From NCBI GenBank assembly GCA_001179505.1, contig CDMY01000198.1, positions 1 through 64,000 on the forward strand: 64,000 nt of DNA. The letters run 5' to 3'. The position numbers and the translations under genes were made by a program. Within the stretch, counting starts at the first letter, position 1. Each line of letters opens with the position of its first letter. The notes beneath the pieces were generated by a model. That model had not been told where the DNA came from. It ran no database searches and was given only the letters and a program-made list of their open reading frames with translations. The DNA comes from Vitrella brassicaformis CCMP3155. Taxonomy: Eukaryota > Protista > Chromerida. This document shows positions 1 through 18,300 of this stretch, piece after piece.

Positions 1-6509
<6,509 letters not shown>

Positions 6510-7912
6510 ATGGTCTTCACCGTTGTCAAAGAGGAACCGATGACGAATCGATGGTGCGAGCTTGCGAGCCGAAGGTGTGAGCCCACTTTTCCTGAAAAAT
6601 GAAGGAAAGGAATGGATGCCTTCTCTCATGTAGTACCTCCTGCGTAGCTCAACGACATTCAGCCAGCGAGGACAGCCACACGCTCCGCCTTCAGCCTCTC
6701 GCCGGGTCAGTCAGCTTCAGGTAAGTTCGAAGTGAGCCGATGACCTTCATTCATCCGTTGATAAGCCACTGAATTCTTCATCATGAGGTTTGTGTGTGTG
6801 CAGCGCATCACCGTGCCCATTTCACCCGTTTTCCCTGCATCGCTGCCTCTCGGCTTCCCCGGCAGTGACTGTCTGTCTTGAGGCTTTCTGTTCGTTCTCA
6901 TGGTTATGCCCCTAGATCTTTCAGATTCTGCCATCTCTATCGCCTCTCTTCCTTCATCAATGACCTCCTATCTCTCTTCTCGCTCGATAACCTCATCTTT
7001 GCAATGGAGAAGCCGACTGCCGGGCCACAAGCTGACGTAGGAAAGGAGTCCATATCCATGATGCGCAGGTGAGAAGAGGTATAGAGAGCGGGTGAAGGTA
7101 TGGTCAACTGCTCTCCATCTTGCTCTGTCTGTCAGCTGCTGACCGGCTGCATGGCGTCAGCGTCTCGCATAATGCTCTCCGTCAACGCCTGCCTGACCGC
7201 ATCGAGAAGAGTGACGTTTGCGGAAGGTCTTCTTACCACGAGTGCCCTTGCGTTGATTGTGCCGATGTCGACGCATCAAGGAAGATAGACCAGCGGCCAT
7301 CAGCCACTCTGCCAGAAGGCACGGGAAGCGAGGAGAGAAGGGCGTAAAAGTGCCAGGCCAGCTAGAGGAGGGCGAGAGGAGTTGGCGGCTCGAGGACGAT
7401 TGAGAAGACACTTGAAGCGATTGCGTATACCTGACAGGTACACACACACACACACACAGAGCCAGACGATAGCTGTCAGTCCGCTGCTTGTAAGTCCTCT
7501 CTCTCCTTTTCTCTCCCTCTCCCTGTCCCTCTCTCTTCTCTGTTCTTTGTTCTTTGTCCTTTTTGTCCTTTCCCATCAGGCGCGCGGACACGCCTCCGCT
7601 TCTGCCGATGGTCCCAGCTCTACAGCATTTGAGAGGCTCAGCTTTCGTCATTTCACCCATCCCGCGCTCCTCCGTTTGCCATTTTATATGATCCAGATGG
7701 CGCTGCAGCCTCCCGCTATCTGCCCTCGTCTCTTGTTCAGCCACCGTCCCCCTCCCCGGCCCTTCTGGCGCCGCCTTCTTTCGCCTCACGCCAGCCATGC
7801 CATCTCCCGGCTGCCTCCCCGGCTGCTTGCCTGCCTGCTGCTCCGGATTGACTCCACGTCTCCAACACTCGCCATCCTCCCGGCCACAATGTCGGCAAGG
7901 ATGTCCGCTCCC

Positions 7913-8843
7913 TGCCGGTGGCTGCAGCTCTTCAGCCTCTCAAGAGACATCAGATTTGTCATCCCTAGTCTCCTCTCTACCGCTCTTCTCTAGTATAATG
8001 CGCCATCGAGTGCGGCTCAGCCTGGGTCGACAGGGCGGCAAAGGGGAGAATCTCTCTCTTTCTTTCTCTACCGAATGCTAGAATTACTACATCGCCTCGA
8101 GTGCCTCTGGGCTGGCTGTGTCGCTTTTAACGGATCGCTGAAGAGAGAGGGAGACGCCGGCGGCCGGCCAGCCAGGCTACAAGAGGGAGAGGTATGTGGA
8201 GACAGAAATGTTGCTGCTGCCTGAGAGCTGTCGGTCCCAGGAAGGCGAGATCCGCTTGAAGAGGCACCCCATTGCGATGATCCCCAGCGAATGCAGCCGA
8301 CCAGGACCTGATGGATGCACACACATCACATGCAAGACCAAACAACAGGTATCATACCACTTTCTTGCCCTTCTTCTGTGTGTCCCTTCCTTCCTGTTCC
8401 CCGCTGCGTGTATTGCCAGCTCGGCCACCTGGACAGTGCCATAAACTTGCCGGTGTCCCTCTTGAGGACAGGGCCACCAGGACATTGTCTGTGCGCCATG
8501 CGCACACACTCACCTGGGTACGCACAGACAGGAAGCAACTCATGTCACATGTACATATGCGCCGAGTGTGTGTGGGTCTCTCTCTCTCTCTCTTTGTGTT
8601 TGTGTGTGTGTGGCTTGAAGGATACGAGCCAGCTGGTCCAGATGGCCGCTTCAGCCTTCAAAGTGGCGAAGGAGGACCGCCCCCGCCCTCGCCCTCGACC
8701 CCCTCTCCTCTATCACCACCCCCATCCTCAGCGTCAGCCTCGCCGGTGGCTGCAGCTCTCCACCCTCTCGAGAGACATCAGATTTGTAACCCCTAGTCCC
8801 CTCTACCCCCTTCCCCGTACGTAATCCGTCATCGATTGCGGCT
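7913..8843 (+). repeat. Imperfect direct repeat of about 105 bp (7913-8017 and 8742-8843)
   Basis: Both copies read gccggtggctgcagctct..c.ctct..agagacatcagatttgt.a.ccctagtc...ctctac...taat.cg.catcga.tgcggct. Confidence 0.85.
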
Positions 8844-9745
8844 TTCCCTTCCCGCCAGGCGGCCAGAGAGGAGAATGGTCGCAATGGCTGCCGATGATTG
8901 GAAGTGCTTGTTTGCCTCAATGAACGTTGGTGCGTGACTCATTGACTCGATATGCCGAGGAGTGCACGTGCCACATCACCATGCTTTCGCACACCACCGC
9001 ACAGAGGGCCCGGCAACCCCATGGGGGCCGGCCTCTGTGTCCCTAGAAGGGATGCATTTCTGCTCATGCATTTGGTCGGGGCCCTTTGCAAATGCCATCG
9101 TGTTGACATGAATGATGCTGTAGGGACCTCAAAGTGGAGCCCCGAGATGCCAAAACGTCGCAGGACCACGCCCAAATCGGGGCCCGCTCAATTTTGGGCC
9201 CGCTCAAATCCGGGACGTGCTGTTCCTGTAGATCTTTGCCGAGATCTCCAGCCTATGGCAGGCTCCTGATGCCCTCTATCGAATCCACTCGCATGCATTG
9301 CGTGGGGAAAACTTTTCTGCTAGCTTAGCTTCTAGATCTGCACCTGCATTCATTTACCCAAGGTGTTGCATCTGCAGGGTTTGTTTTATGGCCCGTGTTC
9401 ATCTGCGGTGTGGGGCAGGAGTCCGCAGTTCGATTTCCGTGCGTTGAATGTTTGCACCGTGGCCGACCCGATGAAAGATCTGAACGGAATGGCCTGCAGA
9501 CGGACTGCCGGCAGGCGTCGCACAAAGGCGGAGGAGGCGCTGGGCGGTTCTGTTCATTTCTGCGCCACGGCTCAGCCTGGCCGCCTGGGAACGTCTGAAC
9601 GGCTTGGGGTTACGATGAAGCCAGCTCATGTAATGGTCAGCTCATAGGACTCACAGAGTACATGCGCACATCAAAAATATCCGTAAGCAACAAGGAGCGC
9701 TTCGCCCCACTGGGCTCCCATCTCTCGGTCACTCGGCAGAGTCCC

Positions 9746-11978
9746 TCAGGTACTCGGGCTGCACCCATCCATCCATCGACAGCCAACACACGTCCACACC
9801 AATCAATGCACGTGACAAGGCAGGCAGAGCCACTCATACCTTGATGATGAGGTATTTGAGTCCGTCCTTCTGCGGCGCCGAGAGGGTGGCCACCTCCTTG
9901 AGAATGTCCCCTACTAGCTTGGTCTTGGCGTCACCCTTCTTGAGCTTCAGACGAGATATCACAACCTGATTCACGATACACACAAACAAAAGCCGTGTGG
10001 GTCCCGTGTGTCTTCACTGGTCGGCTTGGTCACCTTGGTGAGGCATCTCCCTCCGTCTCTCCTCAGCTCCCGGATGATGCGGTCCTTGAGCTGCTTGTAC
10101 TCGCTCGGAGGACCCCTGCATCCACACAAACACACGTACGTCAAGGATGTGTGATTTTCGTTCTCTCCCCGTCCCCCCGTACTTGGTCGGCTGCATGAGC
10201 CCTGGCGGCGCCCCAGGTGCCCTCTCTGGCGGCCCGGCCTCGGCAGATGGGGCAGGGGGGCCGTCTCGTGATGGCGGCCCCTCCGCCTCATTCTCCTCCT
10301 CGCCCTCGTACGCCGCCAGCTCGTCATCGGCAGCGACCTCCTCAACATCCTTCAACAGGTGCTTGACGTCCTGGACGACACACACATGGCACGATGATGT
10401 GGGTGGGTGAGTGGTCGCGTGGCGCATAAGACTGACCTTGCCGAAGTTGGTGAGGGGCTCGTCTCTGTCATCCTCGTCGTCATCGTCTGACGGCTCCTGA
10501 CACACACAGCCAACACACAGGCACGTCAGTCCCTCCCTCCCTCCCTCCCTGGCCGCACCTGCTGCGCCTTGGCATTCGCCTCGGCCTGAGAGTCTTTGTC
10601 CTCCTCGTCGTCACTGGCCCGGCCATCGTCGTCCCAGTCCCACTGCACGGCGTCCTTCTCGAGATTCAGCATGGCCAGCGACCTGACACGACGCGGCAAT
10701 GGATAGTCCAACACACGTGACGTTATGGACTGCGTATGTGTTGTGTGCTAGGTACGTACGAGTCAGGTATGTCGGCCTCCTTCCTCCCCTCGCCGCGCTT
10801 GAGCTTCTTCATGCGCGCCAGCTTGTGGCGCTCAGTGCTGCATGGACCACATCACACCGACCGGCATAGAGGAAAGGTGAGGTAGATGGACGGAATTAAC
10901 GTTGCTTCTGTGTATGTGTGTGTGGGCATCTGGGCAGCGTACTTACGTTTTCCTAACGTCTTCTTCTTCGAAGACGTCATAGTCGTCCTCATCCTCATCG
11001 GCATCCACATCGTCCTCCGGCAACCGACGCTTCACTGAACACACACACCGCACAAGTGGATCCGTAGACAGGCAGAGCAGCCATTCATCGGATGTCACTG
11101 ACCTCTCTTTGCTGCGGCGGCATCCTCTTGCTCGCCCTCCTCCTCGTCGCCCTCCTGACCATGGTGGAGGACCTTGCCTGCACCCACACCAACCCACAGA
11201 CACACCCATGACTTAGGCACCATGTGGGCGCGGCGCTTCGGATGCACTCACGATCGCGGGCTCTTTCGGCAGCCGCCAACGCAGTCTTCCTCTGATGGCA
11301 AACCAAACGAAACGCAGCCAAACGCAACAACAATCAGATCAGAGATGAGCATCCTCGCCATTCTCTGAGCGCTATTTGCCCACCGTTCGTTCCACTTCCT
11401 CCACTGAGAGCTTCGTCTTGCGCATCTTGGGCTGGAAGTCGTACCATGCCGACAGAGGGATGGCCTCAGCACGATTGCCCTGCACACAAACACACAACAG
11501 CCAACACATGTGAAAGGATGCACACGCACATCCATGTCAGCTGTTCGTTCCTTCCTTTGGCTGTTGACCTGTTCGACAACGACGAAGTAGGTTGATGTGT
11601 CGAGGGCACTCTTGGAGCCGCTGAACTCCTTGTGGCGTGGATCACCGCTGTCCCGCAGCAGCCAGGGCAGCTTCTGGATGTCATCCTGAGTCAAGGGCTT
11701 CGGCGGCTGGCTCTCCTCGCCCTCCTTCGCCTCTGGCTGAACACACCACAGCACCACAGGCACAGAAAGAAAAGCACACAGATCATCCATCCATCCATCG
11801 ACAGCAAGATCTATGGCTGTGTGTGTGTGTCTGAGCTTACGACGTCTTTCATCATGATGAGCGGCTCCGTCAGCTTCCGCAGGTTGACATCTGGAGGGTA
11901 CTTGGCGGCGAAGAAGCTCTTGAGGTTCGCCTTCTTTGACAGACGAAGCTCCACGGTGCCGCGACGACCGTCTGACAT
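9746..11978 (-). CDS. GTF2F1: Transcription factor IIF large subunit (RAP74/Tfg1-like), multi-exon
   Basis: Starts MSDGRRGTVELRLSKK. Contains LPWLLRDSGDPRHKEFSGSKSALDTSTYFVVV and WYDFQPKMRKTKLSVEEVER, resembling RAP74 PWLLR..KF.G..YYIF and WYNFTP..TLTAEEAE. Acidic middle; C-terminal winged-helix-like LKDRIIRELRR..VISRLKLKK..LKYLIIKPEYL*. Confidence 0.75.
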
Positions 11979-12145
11979 TCTTGGTCACAGGAACACGCAG
12001 CGTAAGGTCGGGATCACTTGCGGCAGCCCATGGCTGTCCTCAAAAGCCATACGTGTTCACCAATCTACTCCAAGCTCGCATTTTGGCGCCTAGGGTGCTC
12101 CCTGAACCGCTGCCACTCAGCGGAGAAGCCAAGCTGGAAAGGGGC

Positions 12146-13079
12146 ATGATGACGGCATCGGCACTGTGGTGCATCTTTCCCATCTTTGCCCTCCCCATCT
12201 CGCATGCCTTCCGACCCCTCCCCGCACCCGTCCCCCTTTCCCGCCCTCCACCCACACCTTTCCACGCAGAGGCGCCTCATCGGTCGCTGAGGCGGCACGC
12301 CACTGCTATGTCTGCGCGTAAGAAGAGTCGGATCTTTGAGCAGATCGTGGCTGCCGAGGAGGAGGCTGAGCCGGAGCCTGTGGACGACGTGCGGCTTGAT
12401 TGGGAGGAGGCCGCCTTGCCGTCGCCGACGAGGGATTACAAGATCTACATGCAGTTCAACCCAGAACGATCTGACCTCGAGCTTAAAAAGGTCGGGCAGT
12501 GTGTCCATGATGCAGAGGACAGTCTGCATGGCTTTCCATGTGTGTGTGTGTTGTGCAGGTGGTGTATGGCTACGTGCAGCAGCTGCAGCGGCTAGGGTGC
12601 GGCGACAACATCAAGGTGTTTTACCGGGGAAGGAAGCCGATCAACCCGCCGTTCATCCAGGGCTACGACTCGTTCCACTTTGTGGAGATTTGGGTGGGCC
12701 TCTTCCCAAGCGCCGTGCAGGTCCTCAAACTCACATTCGACGCAGACAAGGACCTGCTCAGGTGAGGGAGGAGCGGCAGGCATGGCAAGGCTCGGTGTGT
12801 GCCGTCATGACCACTCCTGTGTCTGTGTCTGTGTCTGTGTGTCTGTGTTAGGTATATGATCATGAAGCGCCTCAAGATGAAGAAGAAGGAGCAGGAGAAA
12901 TACATCGAAGAGACCGCTGGTGAGAGAGACATTCTGCCACCTCGTGGATGGCTCCATCCACCTGTGAGTGTGTGTGTGTGTGTGCGTCTGCAGCTCAAGA
13001 GGCGAGTCGGTTCGGCGGCCCTCGTGACGACTACAGCTATGTGGAGGGCGTGTCTTTCGACCCTGCCATGAACAGATGA
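12146..13079 (+). CDS. rps6: Nucleus-encoded organellar (probably plastid) ribosomal protein bS6 with bipartite leader
   Basis: Core RDYKIYMQFNPE..G..IKVFYRGRKPINPPFIQG..FVEI..DADKDLLRYMIMK follows the bS6 pattern (YE..F..P..G.+.LAY.I..L..DEDVLR.LI). N-terminus MMTASALWCIFPIFALPISHA|F is signal peptide plus Phe, followed by a Pro/Arg-rich transit-like stretch. 4 exons. Confidence 0.7.
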
Positions 13080-13682
13080 CGCACGTACCTACATGAATGG
13101 GATGCATGGTGGATGGCTACTCGGCTCTACTGGCCCCCTCCCCTGCTGCTGCCGACGTGCCTTTTTCGGTGTGCCTTGTGGTCTACCCAATGAAGGAAGC
13201 CATACACATGACATGACGCTCTGCCGATGACTGACGTGCTGCCGTGTCTGTCCGTCTTGCCCATCTGTCTCTCCCATTCTCTCTGCACCGCTTTCCTTCC
13301 CCTCGGTCCGTTGTCATGCTGGTTGGGTGGCCATGCGCACGTACATAACATACGTGTGGACGAGCCTGTCACCGGAGTGATGACGGACAGGGGGCAGGCA
13401 GGCCGTCTGGTGTGATGTGGGTTGGTGTGCGTATGCGTTGACAAAGTCGTGAGCTCGCTCGCTGCACACACGGATGGGATAGATGAGGTGATGAGTGACA
13501 CTATCTTACCTGCTCGTCTCCCTCGCGCCTTGCTGGGTGTGCGTGTCTGTGCGTGGAGGCGCATGTCGGTGTTTGTAGACTGGCCTCAATCTCCCGGCCA
13601 CACACACATGTGCAGACAGACAGACTGATCGGTCGCTTTCAAGGCTGTCTGTCATGAGAACCATGAATATGCAGTACTCACC

Positions 13683-15072
13683 TCAGCTCACACACCCCAA
13701 GCCCCCACGGCATCCATCTCTGCCCACCAGATCAGTCAGCCTGAACAAGACATCCGTCCACTGAGTCAGCACAGACCAGTAGGTGCCCTCATCCGTTGGA
13801 TTGAAGAAAGCCAGACACTCCGCTGCGGTCATTTCCCCCTCGGATGAGGCAGCACTGACCACCTCACCTTGACCCAGCTGCAGCCACGAGCTCGCCACCA
13901 GAGCCTCACCGTGTCTCTCCCTCTCTAGCAGCTCATCGAGCGTCATGTTCATCAGCCGCTCATACCTTGAACGCAGTGGGGGCCTCTCGCTCTCGGGCAA
14001 GAAAATCTCCAGGGCAAAGGAGTAGCTCTTGAGCGTGTCATAGGCGAAATCAAGGCCGCTCCCCGGGCAGTCGCCCCCATTGAGAATGGCGGCTGGTCCG
14101 AAGGGCACCTTGACGGTGGCCGATGAGAGCTGCCTGAGCCAGGTGTGCATCTTCTGCGCGCCCCAGGAGAGGGCGGCGCTGCGCGAGAAGGCATACGGAT
14201 GATAAAGTCCCATATTGCCGCTGCCAACACGCAGAGAGGGAGAGAGACACATGTAATGAAGCTCCCGCCTCCTCTCTCAGCCTCCCAACCTGTGAATGGT
14301 CGCCATTACTCTCGGCCTGAAGGTCGTCAGCACATCCCGAAACAGCCGCGTCTCAGCCTCGCTGAACGCGTTGGGGCCTCCCCATTCCACATCATTGCAA
14401 CTGCCGTGTTCCCTCCAGTGGCTGTCCCAGTTGCGGTTCAAGTCCACCCGATTTGGGTTCGCCCGGATGCAGTAATCGCCTGTCTCCACTTTCTCCCGTG
14501 ACCGTGGGTTAGAGTTGACCAAGATGCGGAAAGAGGTGGTCCGCAGTGCATCAGCCGCTTGTTGCAAAAGGGCCTGGGGCAGTGAGGCCGACGTGTCGTT
14601 GCAGAGGAGTCTCACGACAAAGAGGCCTGCACATCACATCACAGGCACCACCAGAGACAGTGAGGATGCCGCGGCATTGCCGCCAAGCACCGACACTTAC
14701 ATACCCATCTCGGACGATATCAGCTCCCTTGCATGTTCGCCGAAGAAGAGGAAAGCGCGATTTGGCGTGTCCTTGGCTGCGCTGATGTCCGCCACATCAA
14801 TGACAAGATGATCATCAGCCCTCTGCTGATGCAGATTGAGATGTGGTCACGAGCCGTTGAGCCGCATGAGCTCTTGATGCAGCTGCGCTGCCGTGTGGTA
14901 GAAGGGCAGCCTTTGCAGAAGGGCGGCTGATGTCGCTGAGGAGCCATTCGATAAGTCGATGACGTCGGCCCGGGGATGTGCTTATGCAATGGCCTTTGTT
15001 GGGGCTGCAGGCTCGATGGCCATCCATGGGCGGCAAGTGTCCAAAGCAATGGTAAGAAGTGCCAAACGAACA
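13683..15072 (-). CDS. M14 zinc carboxypeptidase; 5' part disrupted as assembled (possible pseudogene)
   Basis: FFGEHARELIS (HxxE), RANPNRVDLNRNWD, GGPNAFSEAET, TIHSG (third Zn ligand), GSGLDFAY..SFALEIF (catalytic Glu). In-frame TGA at 14847-14849, and the signal-like ATG exon is out of frame with the catalytic domain. Confidence 0.85.
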
Positions 15073-15370
15073 TGACAAGGGTTCCAAACCCCAAGGGTTC
15101 AACGGCGAAAAACGTTCGCCTTTCGCGGCGTTTTTCGACGGAAGGAGGGGATCCGAGAGAACCCACCCGATCACCTGTTCTCTGTTGTCTTGAAGTCCGT
15201 GGTTTCCCTCACACCAACGTTCCCGGTCACGCCGTCCACTATTTCCGCTTCACCCTCCAACTGGTTGAGAAGTCCGACGATCAGAGGACTCACCGTCTCG
15301 CATTCCACACCAGGGCACCTGTTTCGCAACGCTCAGCTCTGTTTGTTGGCTCCCCCCCTCCAGCTCAGCA

Positions 15371-18300
15371 ATGTTCGGCAAGATCAAGCTCCCCAAGGCG
15401 GGCCGCTCGCGCAAGCAGCTGTTCGACGAGGGGGATGGCGACTTGGACTTCAACCCGGCCTCGATGCTCCCACCGGACCCCCCCACCCGCGGCGCGCCGC
15501 GATCCGCCCCTCCACCCTTCCGACAAGACTCCACCCAGAGCGAGCGGGACAGAGGCAGAAGCACGATATCAGGGGGGCCTGGCAGTGGAGGCAAGATTGA
15601 CACCGCTGGGCTGGCAGCGAGGCTGGGACGCACGCCGTCGTCATCTGGTCGAGCGTCGTCGGCTGGCCCGCCTGCTGCTGCTGCTGCTGCTGAGGGCCGC
15701 ACCCCGAGCAGACGTAAGCTGAAGAACGACAAGGGAGACGGGGGCGGCGAGGGGAGGGCCCGCAGCGAGGTGCGGCAGGAGGGCATGGACATGGCGATTG
15801 GAAAGGGCGGGGGCTTCGCGTCGACTCCCCCGCCACCCCGCTCGCCGCGGATGATGCAGGGGATGCAGACGAACAACTCGATGACGGCGCCGAGGCCACC
15901 GGTGCCCTTCAAACAGTCGGCACAGTCGCCTCCCATGCGGCCACAGCAGCAAGGGGCACAGGGCGGGCATGGGGGGGCTGCAGGTGGGTCGTTCTGGAGT
16001 ACGATGGCTGCTGGTCCTGATGACGGACAACAAATTGTCGTCTCCCCCGTCGCTCAGCCACAGCAGCAGCCACCGCAGCAGCCACAACAGCAGCCACCGG
16101 CACAGCAGCAGTGGCGCCCTGACAGCAAGGGGCAGCAGCAAGTCACGATGCAGCCCCAGCAGCAGCAACAGCAGCAGGTGCACCCAATGTACGCCACGAC
16201 TCAGCCCAGCGCAAGACAGCAGCAGCAGCAGCAATATCACCCACAGAAGGCGCTGGAGCCCTTCACCTCGTCAGTCAACAAAATGGCTACGGCCGACATG
16301 GTACAGTGGGAGCAGTTGGCACCCCAGCGGCCGGTGCAGCAGCAACAGCAGCAGAGACCACCACATCACACCCAACCACAGCAGACGGCGTATGGTGGCC
16401 AGTGGCAGCAACCAGGAGTCCAAGGACAGCCGCAACCGCCCTCCCAGCACCAGATGATGCCGCAGCAACCTCAGCAGACAGGTAGCGGGACAAGGAAATG
16501 TCAGCGTGCATCCCATGTCCTCTCTCCATTTGTGTGTGTGTGTGTCGTGTTCTTAGGCGCTGGTCGTTACGCGGCCCAGTACCACACGACACAGGCGATG
16601 CCGTCACACCTGCAGCAACCACAGCAACAGCCGCCATTCTATGCCCACCAACAGCAGCAGCAACAGCAGCCCCCAAACCGTCCTCCTCAGCCAATGCCCT
16701 CACCCCATCAGCAGCATCAACAGCAGCAGCAGCAGCAGCAACCGGCACCAACGCGTTCCTACGGTCAGGCGAGTCTCGACGACGTGCTGTACGGCGGGCA
16801 GGCCCCCCCGCAGCAGCCCACATACGCACCACAGATGCAGGTGACCCCCCCTCAGCGGCGCCCCCCCTCGCCGCAGAGCAAGCAGCTGGAGGATCTACTC
16901 GACCTGGGGGACGAGCTAGCTAGCGGCCCAGCCCCTCCGCCTCTTCCCGCGTCTGCCCCGGCATCTGCACCGGCCGTGTCGTCATATCCTTCAAAGTCGC
17001 CGCCGCTCTCTCCGGTGCTCATGCCTCAGCCGACGGCGACGCCACCGCCCTCGCAGCGAGACACGTCACCGTGGTCGGCACTCAGCCAGTACCCGGCCAC
17101 ACCACCGGTGTCTTTGGCGAACACGCCGCAGACACACACGCCTTCCAGCACACCGGGGCTGCCGGTCAACCAGTGGGGCCAGCATGGATCGTTTCAACAA
17201 CAGCAGCAGCGACAGCAGCAGCAGCTCCAGTGGTCAGGTGTGACTCATGGGGGCGTGCAGGACAAGGTTCAGGGAGGGCTATGGAGCACTCAGATGCCGC
17301 AGCAGCTTCAGCAAGGTGGGTCTCTTGATGATTTTCTGTGTGTGTGACGACCACTCCCCAACCGCAATACGCATGTGTCTGTCGTGGTTTTGTCTGTTGA
17401 TCTCAGGTGCGTTTGGTCAGGCCGTCACCCCGACGCACGGCCAGCAGAGTCAGTTCAGCCCACCCCAGCAGCCCAGCGAGCCATCTGAACACCAGCAACG
17501 TTCCAAGAGTGTTTTCCATCAGATCTACCATACGCAGCCGGGGCCCAGTCAGCAGCAGCAGCAGCAGCAGGCCCCTGCCCCCTCTCCCCCCCAGCAGCAG
17601 CAGCAGCAGGCGCCCACTCCACCCTACACGCCATCTCCTGCCGCACAGGAGCAGCACCCGCAACTCGGCGGCTTTGTGCAGCCACAACAACAGCAGCACC
17701 AGCACCAGCAGCAGCACCAGCATCCCGCGATATCCCCTCGCGGCACATATGGGCAACCAGGGCCGCCCCCTGCATTCACCGTGACACCTCCCGCAACCGA
17801 ACAACAACGCCCCTCGTCAGGTGGCGGTGTGGGCGAGTGGGAGGGCATGCCACTGGGCGACTTCGACATGCCCCCCTCCATGACGGTCAGCATCGACATA
17901 TCACCGGCAGACACCTACACCATGGCCACCTCCTCCACATCCCCCCACGGCACCATGGCGTCGTCGAGCGGCGGTGGAGGGCAGATGACGCGCGACACCT
18001 TGTGGTCCACCACCAGCGGCCTCAGTGGGGGGCAGACCAGCACCAGCCAAATGGGCAGTCAGGAGACCGCTCTCTCGGCCTTCGGCCACTATCCCCAACA
18101 CCAGCAGCACCAGCAGCACCAGCAGCAGCCGTCGTCGGGCGTGCTGCCGCCCTTCCATTCGCAGCCACCGTCGCGTGGGCACCTCACACCGTCAAGCGCA
18201 TCGTCACAGATGGGCAGCATGCCCCCGTCTCCCGTGCCGCAGGAGGCAGCCGCGATGGGCAACATTCCAGCACCGGCACCAGCACCAGCACCTGTTCCGC

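Noticed and set aside
6600-7800. Possible further dynein 5' exons or a separate gene
   Set aside because: No conserved motifs and stops in candidate frames; cannot support a call.
9169-9212. Short gggcccgctcaa direct repeat with partial palindromy
   Set aside because: Too short, with no matching second terminus or transposase to call a TIR.
9420-9445. GTTCGATT resembling a tRNA T-loop
   Set aside because: The flanks cannot form a T-stem and no cloverleaf is present.
14822-14850. A 25-28 nt GT-AG micro-intron that might remove the M14 TGA
   Set aside because: Far shorter than the other introns here and does not restore the frame.
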